Below, piece by piece: positions 25,691 through 37,480 of a stretch of DNA of 64,000 nucleotides; position 1 is the first letter of the stretch, and each line of letters starts with the position of its first letter. The notes below the pieces were generated by a model that saw only the letters and a list, made by a program, of their open reading frames with translations, was not told where the DNA came from and ran no database searches. Source of the DNA: Podarcis filfolensis (Eukaryota); the NCBI GenBank assembly GCA_964270895.1, contig OZ185438.1. One strand, written 5' to 3'. Made by a program: the position numbers and the translations under genes.

Positions 25691-28600
25691 TCCTCACTAC
25701 AGCAGAGAGATTTCTGAATTAGTTGGGGTTACACAAAGGACACTCATTGGGAGGGGGAAGCAGTGAGTACAAAATGAAAACGCCCAGGCTGACTGCTGTT
25801 AAGTGCTTTAAAGCAGGAAACTCCCTCGCTTCATGCAGACACACAAATTCAGAACAATGTCTACTACACATGAAAATTAGTCAGGAGCCCTAAAATCCTG
25901 TTTTATAAATACATTACACCTATTTATGCTGCCCACTGCCCTGCCAATTTTCCTGCTTTCACTTAATTAGCGATCACTTAAAACTGATCCATTTCATAGA
26001 AACAAGCAATCAGGTACGATTAACAACATTATGATCTTAAGGAAAGAAACTTGCACCACCACAAACCACATTATTTATTCTTCATGAACGTAATTAGATG
26101 TGTGTGCATATTAGCCTGAATAGCAACTTGAACAATTATTTTATATGCAGATTGGTGACAGTCAAGTATATTCTCATGTTTAGAAAAACAGTTACTCTTA
26201 ATTCATGATACTCTGAATTTCATTCCATGCATTTAATTCTATTATTTACTAGCCTCAAACAATAATAGAATGAAATCACTTTTTCAGTACTGCTACTCCA
26301 AATTTTCACAAAACATTGATGCGGTAAAATAGCTATTTCAGTATTGCTCTAATAAAGTCAAAATATATAAGATATGTAATTTAGTTCTGAACCTGAAGAT
26401 TTGCATGTGGTTAAAAGCATCATATGGCTACCGCAGCTGCTGTAAAAACTGGAGTACCTTGTAATGTTTCGTCCTCCTGTTATAGTTGGCCAATCCCAAT
26501 TTATGGGCACGAACCATATGCCAGGACAAACCATAAGAGATGACTCAAGTTGCCTCGCCCCCACAAAACAACAGCCCTCTTTAGCAGGGGAAAGAATAAC
26601 CCCTTATAGGTATGACTCAAAAAGCCTTATGCTATATTCAGAAAATGCATTAAAATTACTCTGGAGTGCTTTCATATCCTGGGATAGCAATGCAGGAATT
26701 TGATATCCCAGACTAAATCAGAACAGCTTGTCCTGGAGTAACTTCTTTTTACACCAGAATTATCTCCAGAGCACAACATGCCACAGAGAAAAATATTCTG
26801 TTTGAATAAGCTATAATATGTTCAAACATTGCATTACAATCTTGGATCACTCTAGACAGCCATGTTGGTACCTGCCTGACTAGAGCAAGAGCCAGACTTA
26901 GAAGGCAAATAAATTAATGCATACATATGAACCAATCTAATAACCTAGTTGTAGATCCTATTGAAACTCAGCTTTATACAAATTACATGAAAAAATTATA
27001 ATGCCCCGAGAGAAACACCTATTTATATATTTCAGGATATATTTCCAATCAACCAACTCTGGACTGTCAAATTCCAAATATATTATCTGTGATTTCACTT
27101 TGCTGCAACCATGACATGTCACAGATGCATTACTACTTAGTTGTGTCACATGGCTGCAGTAGAATGAAATATACAAGGCATACTTTACAGCCAAGAAAAT
27201 GTATGTTTGTTTGTTTGTAAAAATATTTTAACACATCACCCTTTTATAGGCTACCCTTTCCAGTTTATTTTTTATTGCTTTGGGGGAAAATAATTTCTGG
27301 AAATACAGGCATTTAACTTTAAGTTTTTCTATAAACACCTTATAATAAATACATTTCATATTAAAACCAGCAAATGCCTTTCATAAATGATGATATGGAA
27401 TTGAGTTAAGGCATGTTAGTACTTGGTGGTTCTTGGTAATACCCACAGTATAGCATATATAAAAATATCAAGCTACGTCTTTAAATCAAACAAAAGCTTC
27501 GAAAGTTATTTTAAAGCTTCTTTTAAATCTTATTCATTACACTTAAGAAGAAATTCAAGGTAATTTAAATTTGAATAGTGTTTTCTTACAATTCTAAGGA
27601 TAATCTGTATGAAACTGAACTCACATCAACTTTTAACAATATCTGCTTACAAGTTCTGAGGAGTGTGTATTTATTTAAAACATATGCACAATAAAAAAGC
27701 TATTGTCTTGTAAGACACATTGCTCTCACTTTCTTACTGAGATTCTACACACATACAGAAATCCATCTACAATAACTACTCCAGGTAAATTCTTAACACA
27801 TCAAAATGAAAAGGTAAAACAAGAAGCAAAGAAATACAAACAAATCCCCCTTAAATTAACCTCGCTAGACTTTACATTAGTCTATACATTTTAATAAATA
27901 TATAATGATGTAAACAACCATCTTCGTCTTGCACCCATATAACCTCTATCACAGGAAAGAGCACTTCATCCAGCAAATTGTAAACAGCAACAAACACAAC
28001 AATTAGGCAGGTGTCCAAGGCACACAAGAAATTTAGAGATTACAGTGCAATTTTGGTCTCAAGATTGCTAGAATCCAGTAAATAGGATGCCCCCCTTTTT
28101 ACACTAAGTAGCATTTGCAAGAATAATTTATTAAACATGCAAAGAAAGACCGAAGTTTCTCCTCATATATAAATTTTAATACATGCAGGTATGGACTACT
28201 ATGGTCTAATTTGAATGGGGTGGGTGGGAGTGGATTAATGGTGAAATAATTCTCAAATGTGGACAATCCCAAAGAAAAAGGACATAGATTATTTAATGGA
28301 GTGCTGCTTTTATAAAACGTGTCTCCTTTTTACAGAATTTCCAACCAAGTAAGATTCTTTGGGAACACTAAACCAAATTAGAATTTTGCAACCTAAAGCC
28401 TTCTCTTGCTTCAAAAGAATGATACAAATTATATGATGTTCTTAACTAATGTGTTAATAGAATTCTATAAATCACACTCCAGATGAGTATCTTGAAGCCC
28501 ATCTATATTAACACTCTAGTGGCCCAAATACAGAAATATAAGGATTGTGCACCAGCTATAACAAGGAACTGCATTTCACTGCAACTTCAGTGCTCCTCAG

Positions 28601-29184
28601 CCAGCAGCTGTGATTCTATGTCACAGAGAGAATTGGTTGCAAAGCTAGGGGGATCAGCAATTTGCTGCATGACATAACATACTGTTATAAACGAAGATTT
28701 GGTTGTGATAAAAATCTGACTCAACGCATCAATATTTCAGATCCAAGTACATTGTTATCTTACAACCAAGGAAGAACCATGTCTACGTGTGCACCCTGCT
28801 CCAAGAAAACTCTGTATCTTGTTATACAGTCAAGGGAGCAGAAGAGCAAGATCACATTGTGCAGTACACCATCCCACCCATCTGACTTTCTCAGAATTAA
28901 GATTTGTCCATCCCTTTCCTAGCTCCTTTCTTCACAATATTTAGGTAACTCTGGCTCCAACTCTGTGTACATCTACTTCGACAAAAACACTAGTAAGCAA
29001 AGTGTCTTCCCTTTGAATAGACATGCACAAGATAAGCCGTCAGAATGTTTTATCTCCAGTGCTTTGAGAAACTAGGTTTCTTTAACTTGCACACTTGCCC
29101 ATTCTCAACCTCAACCATTTCCCGCATGATACATAACGTTTTGGTACACGTATCAGGAAGAAAGAGGTTGGATGGGCATTTAGC

Positions 29185-30530
29185 TATTTATAAAAAAACA
29201 TTTATACACCACTGATTCATTAAAAATATTATCTATACAGCCATTCAGTAAAAATCATATAAAAATTTAAAATCAGAAATCAGTTAACTACTGTGGGAAG
29301 ATGCATTCTTAATTGCCTGTGTTAACGTGATGGAATATAAAACTTTTCAACAGGCGTTTAAAAGCTGAAACAGAAGACTTCTGCTGAATCTCTATCGGAA
29401 GAGTGTTCTACAGTAACCCAACCTCAAGGTTACTAACACCTGGGCTACAATGATCAGGGTACCCCTGTCCAAGAATAGCTATAGCTGGCAAACCAGACAA
29501 AGCTGGTAAGAGGCACTTGTAGCCACAGAGGACACTTGGGTCTCTAGTGGCAAATGTAGCAAGGAGTACCCCCAAACTACAGACTTGTTCCTTCAGAAGG
29601 TGTGCAACGCCATCCAGAACAGGCAATCTACCTATCTCCTAGAAACAGGAATCCACCTGAAGCAGCTCAATTCCCCCAGGATTCATGTAGTTTATTGACC
29701 TTCATCCAGACCATCGCTGTGCTCAGACACCAATCCAGAACTTTCACAGTCTCTCCTGATTTGCCCCTGGTCAGGAGTAAGCAGCCTTCAGACCATATGG
29801 AACAACTCTGCTGGACAACTCCTCAAGCACTGCTCTCACCGTCATGTGGTAAGACCAATTATGAGCCCAAACACATGACTGGTCTGCTTCTGAGCACGAT
29901 TTATGCCACTTACACTCTAGCCCATGCCTGGTCCATGGTTGGCATGGAGGCCATGAACTATTGAGTAGAACCGTAGACATTTTCAGAATGAATGTTGAAG
30001 TCACCCAAAACCACAGTTATGTGCTCCTCCAACACCACACCCGAGACAACCTCAGCTAGTTTACTCAGGGATGAGCAGCAGGGTGGGTTGTGCATCAACA
30101 GCATCCCTAACCTGTCTCTTTGGCTCAGCACCAGATGCAGGCCCTACAGCCCTGCTCAAAGAGAGATGGGTTTCCTGGTGATGAGAAGTGAACTACTATG
30201 GACTACATTCACACTTTCCTCCACCACTCCCGTCTGGGCTGATGTCATATGGAGTACCAGGGTAGGCAGAGCTGAGTCAGATCTGGTCCACCCAGCTCCC
30301 TCACCCAGGTCTTGGTGATACAGATCAGATCTTCATGCTCATCAACAATCACATCATGGATCAGCATGGTTTTATTACAGACTGAACTGTCATTTAGCAA
30401 TAGAACCACCAGACAGTTAGGAACAGTGGCAGAGCATCCATTAGTACCACGCATAGGAGTGAGCTCAATGGGAAGAAGTATCAGGCGGAAGCACCTGTCA
30501 CCACCCCTCCATGAAGTGTTTCCCCATTAA
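29185..30530 (-). mobile_element. Internally deleted, degraded L2-clade LINE
   Basis: Minus-strand translations include the endonuclease start (LLLNDSSVCNKTMLIHDVIVDEHEDLICITKTWV), VVLGDFNIH, and the RT C-terminal segment PVLDGVAHLLKEQVCSLGVLL. Boundaries approximate. Confidence 0.85.
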
Positions 30531-30557
30531 ACAAGGACATTGCTCAAAACATTAACA

Positions 30558-30641
30558 ATGCAATCCTAACCATATTAACTCAGAAGTCTTACTGAATTCA
30601 ATAGGGCTTTCTCCCAGTAAGTGGAGTTAAGATTATAGACT
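30558..30641. repeat. Short palindromic interspersed repeat (same family as 21516)
   Basis: gcaatcctaaccatattaactcagaagt...gggctttctcccagtaagtggagttaagattatagact. Confidence 0.6.
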
Positions 30642-30723
30642 AAATTACTAATCAAGTAGCGACAAGGTAGAGCAGACAATTTTGTTCGTTTATTTGTTCT
30701 TCCCCCCTCCTTTTATTTACTCC

Positions 30724-30900
30724 TACAGTGCAATCTTATAAATGAAGTACTCTAGATGTTTTGGACCACAAATCCTGACTGGGCCGAGGGGATTTGCAGC
30801 CCAAGACATCTGGAGGGTACCAGGATGGCAAAAACTGGTCTATTCAAAGTTGAGCCCCACTGAATTCAGCTAAGTGAGCACAGGGTTACAGACTGTCTTT
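30724..30900. mobile_element. Palindromic short repeat carrying an inserted hAT-like MITE fragment
   Basis: cagtgcaatctt- and -gccccactgaattc...gggttacagact halves flank ctagatgttttggaccacaaatcc...aagacatctggaggg, which matches the MITE around 42539-42898. Confidence 0.45.
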
Positions 30901-32066
30901 TTATGTAAATATATAAACCAAATATTTACACACTACAAACACACATTCTGTTTTATATACCTTTTTGGTGCTGAATAACTTGTAAATATTTTATATGATT
31001 CATGCTCTGGTTATTAGTCACCAGTAATTTTTATTAACATATTTTAAACTTTCAAAAACATTTCAAGGATTATATTATGCAATTACATTGATTTTAAATA
31101 CTTCCATTTTTTCATGTTATGCTTGTGGGTGCTTTGTTCAAATTGAGTTAGTGGGTACTTTTATATTAAGTATCCTGAAATATAATTTGTTATCTTGTAG
31201 CGCCTCTGAAGAAGGCGTCTTGCTAAAACATGTTGCACTAAATGCTTTCCATTTCTATTATCATGTCAAGGCTTTGCCAACTTTTGGTCAGAAAGACTTA
31301 ACATATTTACTGTGACATTAGCTTTCATGGGGTAAAATGCATTTGTCGGGCTCCTTGATGCATCTGACCCATGGAAGCTTATGCCACAACAGACTTACTC
31401 TATGCAAGCAAAGAAGTATAACATTCACAACGTACGTCCCCTCCTAGGTGAATTACATTTTCAATAACATTCTGGGGCTGGGGCTCTGCAAGTAGAGACC
31501 AGGATCCAACGAATATACGGAAGATAGAAGAGAAGTTGATATTTGCCTAAATTTGTATATAAAATGCCTGCATGCAACCCCAAGGCGCTTTGCTTCCCTC
31601 ACTCCTTGCAGGTGTTTGGCTCCTTCCGTGTTCTCTTAAAAGTACTAAGAGAGATGTTTCTTAATATGTATCACATTCCTGTCTCTTGTAGCGATTATGA
31701 ATTCTTAGCCCTACCCAATTAGGAACCATTAAAAAACAACAACCTGGTACCTGTCTTTCATCTCTGGAGAACCCAACACCTGCAAGGTGAGGAGGGTGGG
31801 AGAAGAAAAAGCAAGTGCCTTCTTTACTTCTTCCCTCAGTCTCTTCTTCCTTCATATCTTTGTAAAGGAACTGCAAAGAGAAGCTACCTCCTCTATTTTC
31901 TGCATCTTGCATCCAGTACATTTCAGGTTGTGTGGCTGATGGGACCCCTCTGGGAGGGCTTGTCCATTGTGGCTTTACTGTGAATACTGTGGCTTTACTT
32001 TAAAAAAAAAAAAGGCGATCCAAATTCTAATAACCTGCATTCGGCAAATCAATAGGTATTACATAC

Positions 32067-32112
32067 CTGTAACTCCTCACATGAACTGAATTGGATTTAA
32101 AAGGTCAGAAAT
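32067..32112 (-). other. Candidate 46-nt non-coding exon
   Basis: Acceptor gtttatcattttag|ATT at 32113/32112; donor CAG|GTATGT at 32067/32066. Stop codons in all three frames. Confidence 0.6.
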
Positions 32113-32269
32113 CTAAAATGATAAACTGATATATTCTGAATGTAGCACTAAGTTATTTAAGGTTCATTATTAGGGTGACTATAGTAGGGGCTATGCATAT
32201 TTGTATCTTCATATATTTATTTACTGTATTTTTACAAAAAATACAAAAACACCACATTTAGCACCAGGA

Positions 32270-32580
32270 ACAGATGATGACGATGATGATTATCCTTCCT
32301 ACCAAATGAGCCATAGGCAGCAAGGAACGAGGCAATAAAAACAATCCAAAATTTTGAAAAATGTTTCAGGCAAACCAAATATCTACATAACTAAAAATTC
32401 CAAAGTTGCTAGAAGCAATGTCTTTTGACAATGCTTGGGTAAACAGGAACGTTTTAACCTTTTGCCTCAATGCTAATAATAAGGGGGACAGATGCAGTTC
32501 ACCAGAGAGGAGGGGACTCCATAAGCTGGGCACTGCTACGAAGAAGCCCCCATCACAGGGCAGCACCAGCTGGGCTGCAC
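32270..32580 (-). mobile_element. L2 LINE 3' end
   Basis: Minus ORF ...FFVAVPSLWSPLLSGELHLSPLLLALRQKVKTFLFTQAL resembles the L2 ORF2 C-terminus (AFSVVAPRLWNSLP...FRRQVKTFLF); short microsatellite tail. Confidence 0.75.
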
Positions 32581-32778
32581 CAAGCAAAGAATCTCAACAT
32601 TCATCCTAAAACCAAACAGGTTTCTGTGAAAATGCACCTTAAAAAGACAATGCTGACAACAGACACATAGTGAACTTTTCCAAAAGCCAAGTAGGATTTC
32701 CAATAGTAATAGGCAGCTTTTGAACAACATGTCAGGCAGCTGTAGTTATAGAGTTATCTAGTCTTTCATATTATGTTA

Positions 32779-33002
32779 CAGTCATACCTCGGGTTATGAA
32801 TGCTACAGGTTGCGCGTTTTCGGGTTGTGGACCATGCCGAACCTGGAAGTGCCGGAACGGGTTACTTCCGGGTTTCGGCGCTTGCGCATGTGCAGAAGCA
32901 CAAAATGACATCATGCACAGAAGCGGCGCTTCAGGCTACAAACGCTGTGGGTTGCGAACATGCCTCCCACACAGATCATGTTCGCAACCGGAGGTATGAC
33001 TG
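32779..33002. mobile_element. Young Tc1/mariner-type MITE (second subfamily)
   Basis: Perfect 12-bp TIR cagtcatacctc / gaggtatgactg (16 of 17 matches when extended). TA duplication at 32777-32778 and 33003-33004. CpG-rich interior. Confidence 0.9.
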
Positions 33003-33019
33003 TATATACATGTAAGTTT

Positions 33020-33300
33020 ATTTTTATGCTGCCTTTCAGCCAGAGGAGCCCCCCCCCCAAGTGGCTCAGAAAGGATAATATAAACAAAACACAACTTTCA
33101 AAACTTTTAAACAAAATTTTAACACTTCAAATATTATTTTATGTTATTTCATTTTTAATATTTGTATTCCACCCTTCAGCCATAGATCTCAGGGCAGTTC
33201 ACAGCATAAAAATACAAGATAAAAACACAAAATACATAATAAAAACAAGAACAAACCAAACCAATAACCCCACCACTACCACCCACAGGAAACCCAATGA
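33020..33300 (-). mobile_element. Degraded L2-type 3' end fragments
   Basis: tttgtattccacccttcagccatagatctcagggcagttcacagcataaaaatacaag... resembles a reversed LINE 3' terminus. Confidence 0.4.
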
Positions 33301-35444
33301 AAGCAGTAAGAATTGAATTTGTTTTCTCTTCCCCACCCACCCAGATTTGCGCAAGCAAGTCCACATCTGACTTGCATCCTTTTTATCTATGTGATTTACT
33401 TACTGTAACAAATAGATTCTTGTTTATTGTTTTTTATGCTATTTCACTGAGATTTCTGTTTTCATGCATGTTGTTAGGAACCTTGAAATTTCCATTATGG
33501 GATGTAAAGTTTTTCTTCCTCCACAAAATGTTTTTACACACACACACACACACGGATTTTCATTATGAAAGAACCATTAGATTATTCACTGAAGAATTGC
33601 ATTACTTGAGAAATACAAATATTCCTTCTTTCATCTCACTGATTTTTTTTTGTATCATTATACTGTGTGTTTAACACTTTTTAACGTCTGTAGACTTAAG
33701 TATCATAACTCCTTGGGAACACTGTTGTTTTTTAATCCTCCATTTTAAAAAGCTACTCAATGAGAGTTTTGAAATGAAGTTGTGTAAATATTCAATGACT
33801 GAGACAGGGAGTCATCAGGGTATAAGGAGGAGGAGCTGAAGGGGGCAAGGTTCTGTGCCAATAACTTAATCATAACCACGTGAGTAATTCATGTTTGGGG
33901 ATGGTCTCCCCCCCCTTTTTTTAAGGATATGAATCAAGTTAAGTTTGTTTTGCTGTGGGTGAAGGAAAGGAGAATATAATACTATGAATCAGAAAGATGA
34001 TCAAATATGTGGCAAAGACAGCTCAATTATAGTTGCTGCCTTTCGTCTCAAACTGCCTATCCTAAGAAGTCAGAATTTTGCTTATCAACAGAAATGATAG
34101 TTTTCAGTTTCCAAGATTCCCTATAACAGGAATGGACAGAAGGTAGAATATACTGGTCTCTGGTTGATTTGTAGCAGATTGACAAGGTTCTCTGGCTTCC
34201 AGCTGTTCAACCAAAACAACAACAATATGACTTTTCCCACCTAAATCAGACTGCTGAAATGAATTGACTTTTCAGGAATTGACTTTTGTGTGAAGAACTG
34301 TGAGCTAAGTTTAGGCCCCCTACTGAAAACAGAACATGCTCAGAGGCACTCTTGTTTTTTAATTCTAACTGTATACCTTTTGCACCTGACTCTCGTTGGT
34401 AGATCTATCAAGACTGAAGTTTGCCCACCCCTTTTATATTCTCCTCCTCCTCTTATTGAATGTTATCACTAATGCATTTTAGCTTCCAGAATATCTTACT
34501 GTATTGGGATGCCCTTCTGCCTGGTCGCTGTGGTAATGAACAGCAGTTTGAAATTTGTCCAGCTCTGAAATGGATTTTAAAGTCAAACTACGGCAAGTAC
34601 AGATTTTGCAATGCTTAGAGGAATGAAATTATCATTCTATCAATGATCTTTTAAAATGACATACACAAAAAATAAAATGTTCACTTTGACTTTGACTTGT
34701 CCCCCCCCCCCCAGTTGATTCTTGGGACTTTTGCAGTTTGTTATAAAACAGCTTTTAATAGTCTGAAAGGATAACAACTTGTTTTTCATTTGTAATGCAA
34801 TTAAAATTGTATGCTTCAAAAGGAGAAATAATTATTTCTTTAGTAGCAGTGGGGAACTCATTCTCATAAAACTCACCGAAACTGAAAGACCTGCGAAAGC
34901 ACAGGGTCACCTCACATCTGCACCTCACAGACAAACTTCCAGAATCCAAACCACAGTAAATTACACTGAATAGAACCAATACAACAAATAGTGCAGGAAG
35001 AGGGGATCTTGCCAAAATAATACTTGGCACAATCCAACCCAAGTTCAGTATATTGATGTTTCCTTGATTTTACTGGGATGGCTGAGCCCATGCTTAAAAT
35101 CTCTCCCACTGGGGTGAAAAAGTCCCGAAATACCGGTTGGAATGTGCTCAGACCAAATGAGACACTGGAATAGCAAACATACAGAGGGAGAGAGGAGAAA
35201 TGGCAGCAATGCCCAAATCCATCCCACCCCCAAATGCGAAGCTCCACTTGGGTTGGTCCTAATCTGTCAGTCTAACTGACCCCATAGGTTTGTTATGAGG
35301 GGAAACCATATGAGGAAGGGCAGGATAAAAACACACACACGATAAAACAGAAATTTAGACATCAGTAATGAACAATATGGTAATCTGCAAGCATCAAAAA
35401 CAAACCCAAAGAGTTCACACAGAAGCAGATAAACACAGAAACAG

Positions 35445-35590
35445 CAGAAGCTGCCTTATATGGAGTAAGATCTAGCTCAGTACTGTCTACACTGACTGGC
35501 AGAAACTCTCCAGGATTTCAGACAAGCTTTTCCCCTGCCCAATTTGAGATGCCAGGGATTTGCAGGTGAAGCAGATACTTTACCACTGGC
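35445..35590 (-). mobile_element. tRNA-derived SINE with a CR1-like tail
   Basis: gaagctgccttat...ctagctcagtactgtctacactgactggcag...gagatgccagggatt; reverse of the copy at 37312. Confidence 0.65.
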
Positions 35591-35782
35591 CTTATAGACT
35601 GGCAGTGCTATGCCAGCAACAGCCACCATCACTGGATGTAGAATTGCAGCGCAGGGGCATCTCTTGGCACTAGAAACTACTTATTCACAATGTGTACTAA
35701 GAACAGCCCCCCCCAACATAGAATAAATTATTAGGTACCTAACTAAGAATTGCCAGACACACTTTTCATAATGGAATTGTAC

Positions 35783-35860
35783 CTGGTAGACAGGTCATGG
35801 ACATAGTGGTGCCATGGTGTCTGTGATGGCTTGCTTTCCCCCTGCCCTCCCCACCTAGCT
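35783..35860 (-). other. Weak candidate first-exon 3' end (ATG frame MSMTCLP, phase 1)
   Basis: Donor CAG|GTACAA at 35783/35782; ATG at 35804. Lies downstream of a G-rich tract at 35986-36021. 5' boundary unknown. Confidence 0.25.
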
Positions 35861-36770
35861 CTCCTTGATAGAGAGAAAGAGACAGAGAGGCAAAAAAAAA
35901 AAAAAAGCGCAGCCAGCAATCCTTTCTGTATTTACTTAGGTGGGTGAATGAAGTAGGGTTTAATGAACTCAAATTCTGTCCTCCACCCCCAACCCATCCA
36001 CTCTCCCCTGCCCCCCACCCCACCTCCAGCTAGAAAGAGAAGGAGAGTGAATGCAATCAGACAGCCTTCAGTATCCCAGTGAGGGACAATATATAGGATT
36101 TTCCAGATTCATCTCTCTCTTGAGGTGGGGGAGAAGGAACAGAGTGAGTATATGACTTCTTACATTGAGTGGTCTTTTGCAAACGTAAGTTAAGGAAGGG
36201 TAGAGAATATGTTTTCACCCTTCAAAAACATGTTTATAGGTGGAGAGCCTAATCCAGTTAGTGATGAAAGAAAGAGAACTCTTTTCCTTGCCTGTCTTCC
36301 CGTCTCTAGTAATATGGGCGAGTTCAATACTCACATGACTTTTTCTGCATGCTGATGTGATGCACTTTATATTCTTGAGTGGTTACAGAGGACATTTACT
36401 TACAGAAAGGCATACACCTCACACAACAGCTCTACTTAAAAGTAATGCCCTCAGTTTATAAAACAAGTCAACACAGAAACAGAAAACCCTTATTTTTGTT
36501 TATGCCACCCAGTTTGAATCTGTGGCTTTGCATGGAGGCATTGGGCAAAAGTCAGACCACAAGTATGCAGTACCACTGTGAGTAGAGAGAAAAAAAGATA
36601 ATGTTTGTATTTTGTTTATGTAGTGTGCTAACCATCACAAAGCTTTTAGCAAGGATATTAAAACTAAAACTAAAAAAAGTCTATATTTCTTGAACTAGTT
36701 AATCAGTTATCACTTTAAAAGAATATCTCTTAGAAAAATAAACACAGTTTACAGCTATTAATCCTATGTA

Positions 36771-36773
<3 letters not shown>

Positions 36774-36803
<30 letters not shown>
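36774..36803. repeat. (GT)n microsatellite, about 15 units
   Basis: Read directly. Confidence 0.95.
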
Positions 36804-36806
<3 letters not shown>

Positions 36807-37311
36807 TACTTCATTCAAGGAAAGCTCTGTGGGACACACATGAACACCACAAGCCCTATTTGGGAGTTCAGTTCCTCGATGTGATTAAAATCATGTGAGG
36901 GAGAGCAGCAACCTTGGCTAGCCCTGCCACCTCTGCAGTGCCCCTGTCCCATCTCTGCTGCTTCCGACATCTTACAGGGCTCATGCCTGCAATAGGGTAC
37001 ATGTGAAAGCTTCCCACTCAACATAAAGCTATACGTAATCAGGGATCTGAATCATCTGTGCAGCCTCTATAAGCAGGTTCTAAACAGAATTGTACAGAAC
37101 TGTCTTGTACAGCAATGAGATGATTCTTTTTCAAAGAAGTGAAAATATTCAGACGACAGTATTGACGATAGTGCTCTAGATGCCACTAGATGAAACTGTA
37201 GGACTGCCAACTTTCTATTGTACTGCAGGAACTTATTTTCATTGCATATTTTGGAGATCAACTCAGACCTAAACTATATGTGGCATGCAGTCATGTGTAT
37301 CTTTCTGTTTA

Positions 37312-37480
37312 TGGGGAAAAACCATGACTCAGTGGTAAAGCATGTACTTTGCGTTCAAAAAGGGCCCAGATTCAATCCTTCCAGGGAGGCCTAGGAAGGA
37401 CCCCTTTCTGAAACCCTGGAGAGGTGCTGACAGTGACAACACAGCAGAGCTGATGGACTCATGGTCTGGCTTGGTCTACA
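37312..37480 (+). mobile_element. tRNA-derived SINE with a CR1-like tail
   Basis: A-box-like gactcagtggtaaagcat and B-box-like ccagattcaatcc, then aaaccctggagag...gatggactcatggtctg. Confidence 0.65.

Noticed and set aside
26541-26619. Two AP-1 sites (TGACTCA) 72 bp apart
   Set aside because: About eight such 7-mers are expected by chance in 64 kb and a similar number occur, so this is not evidence of an enhancer by itself.
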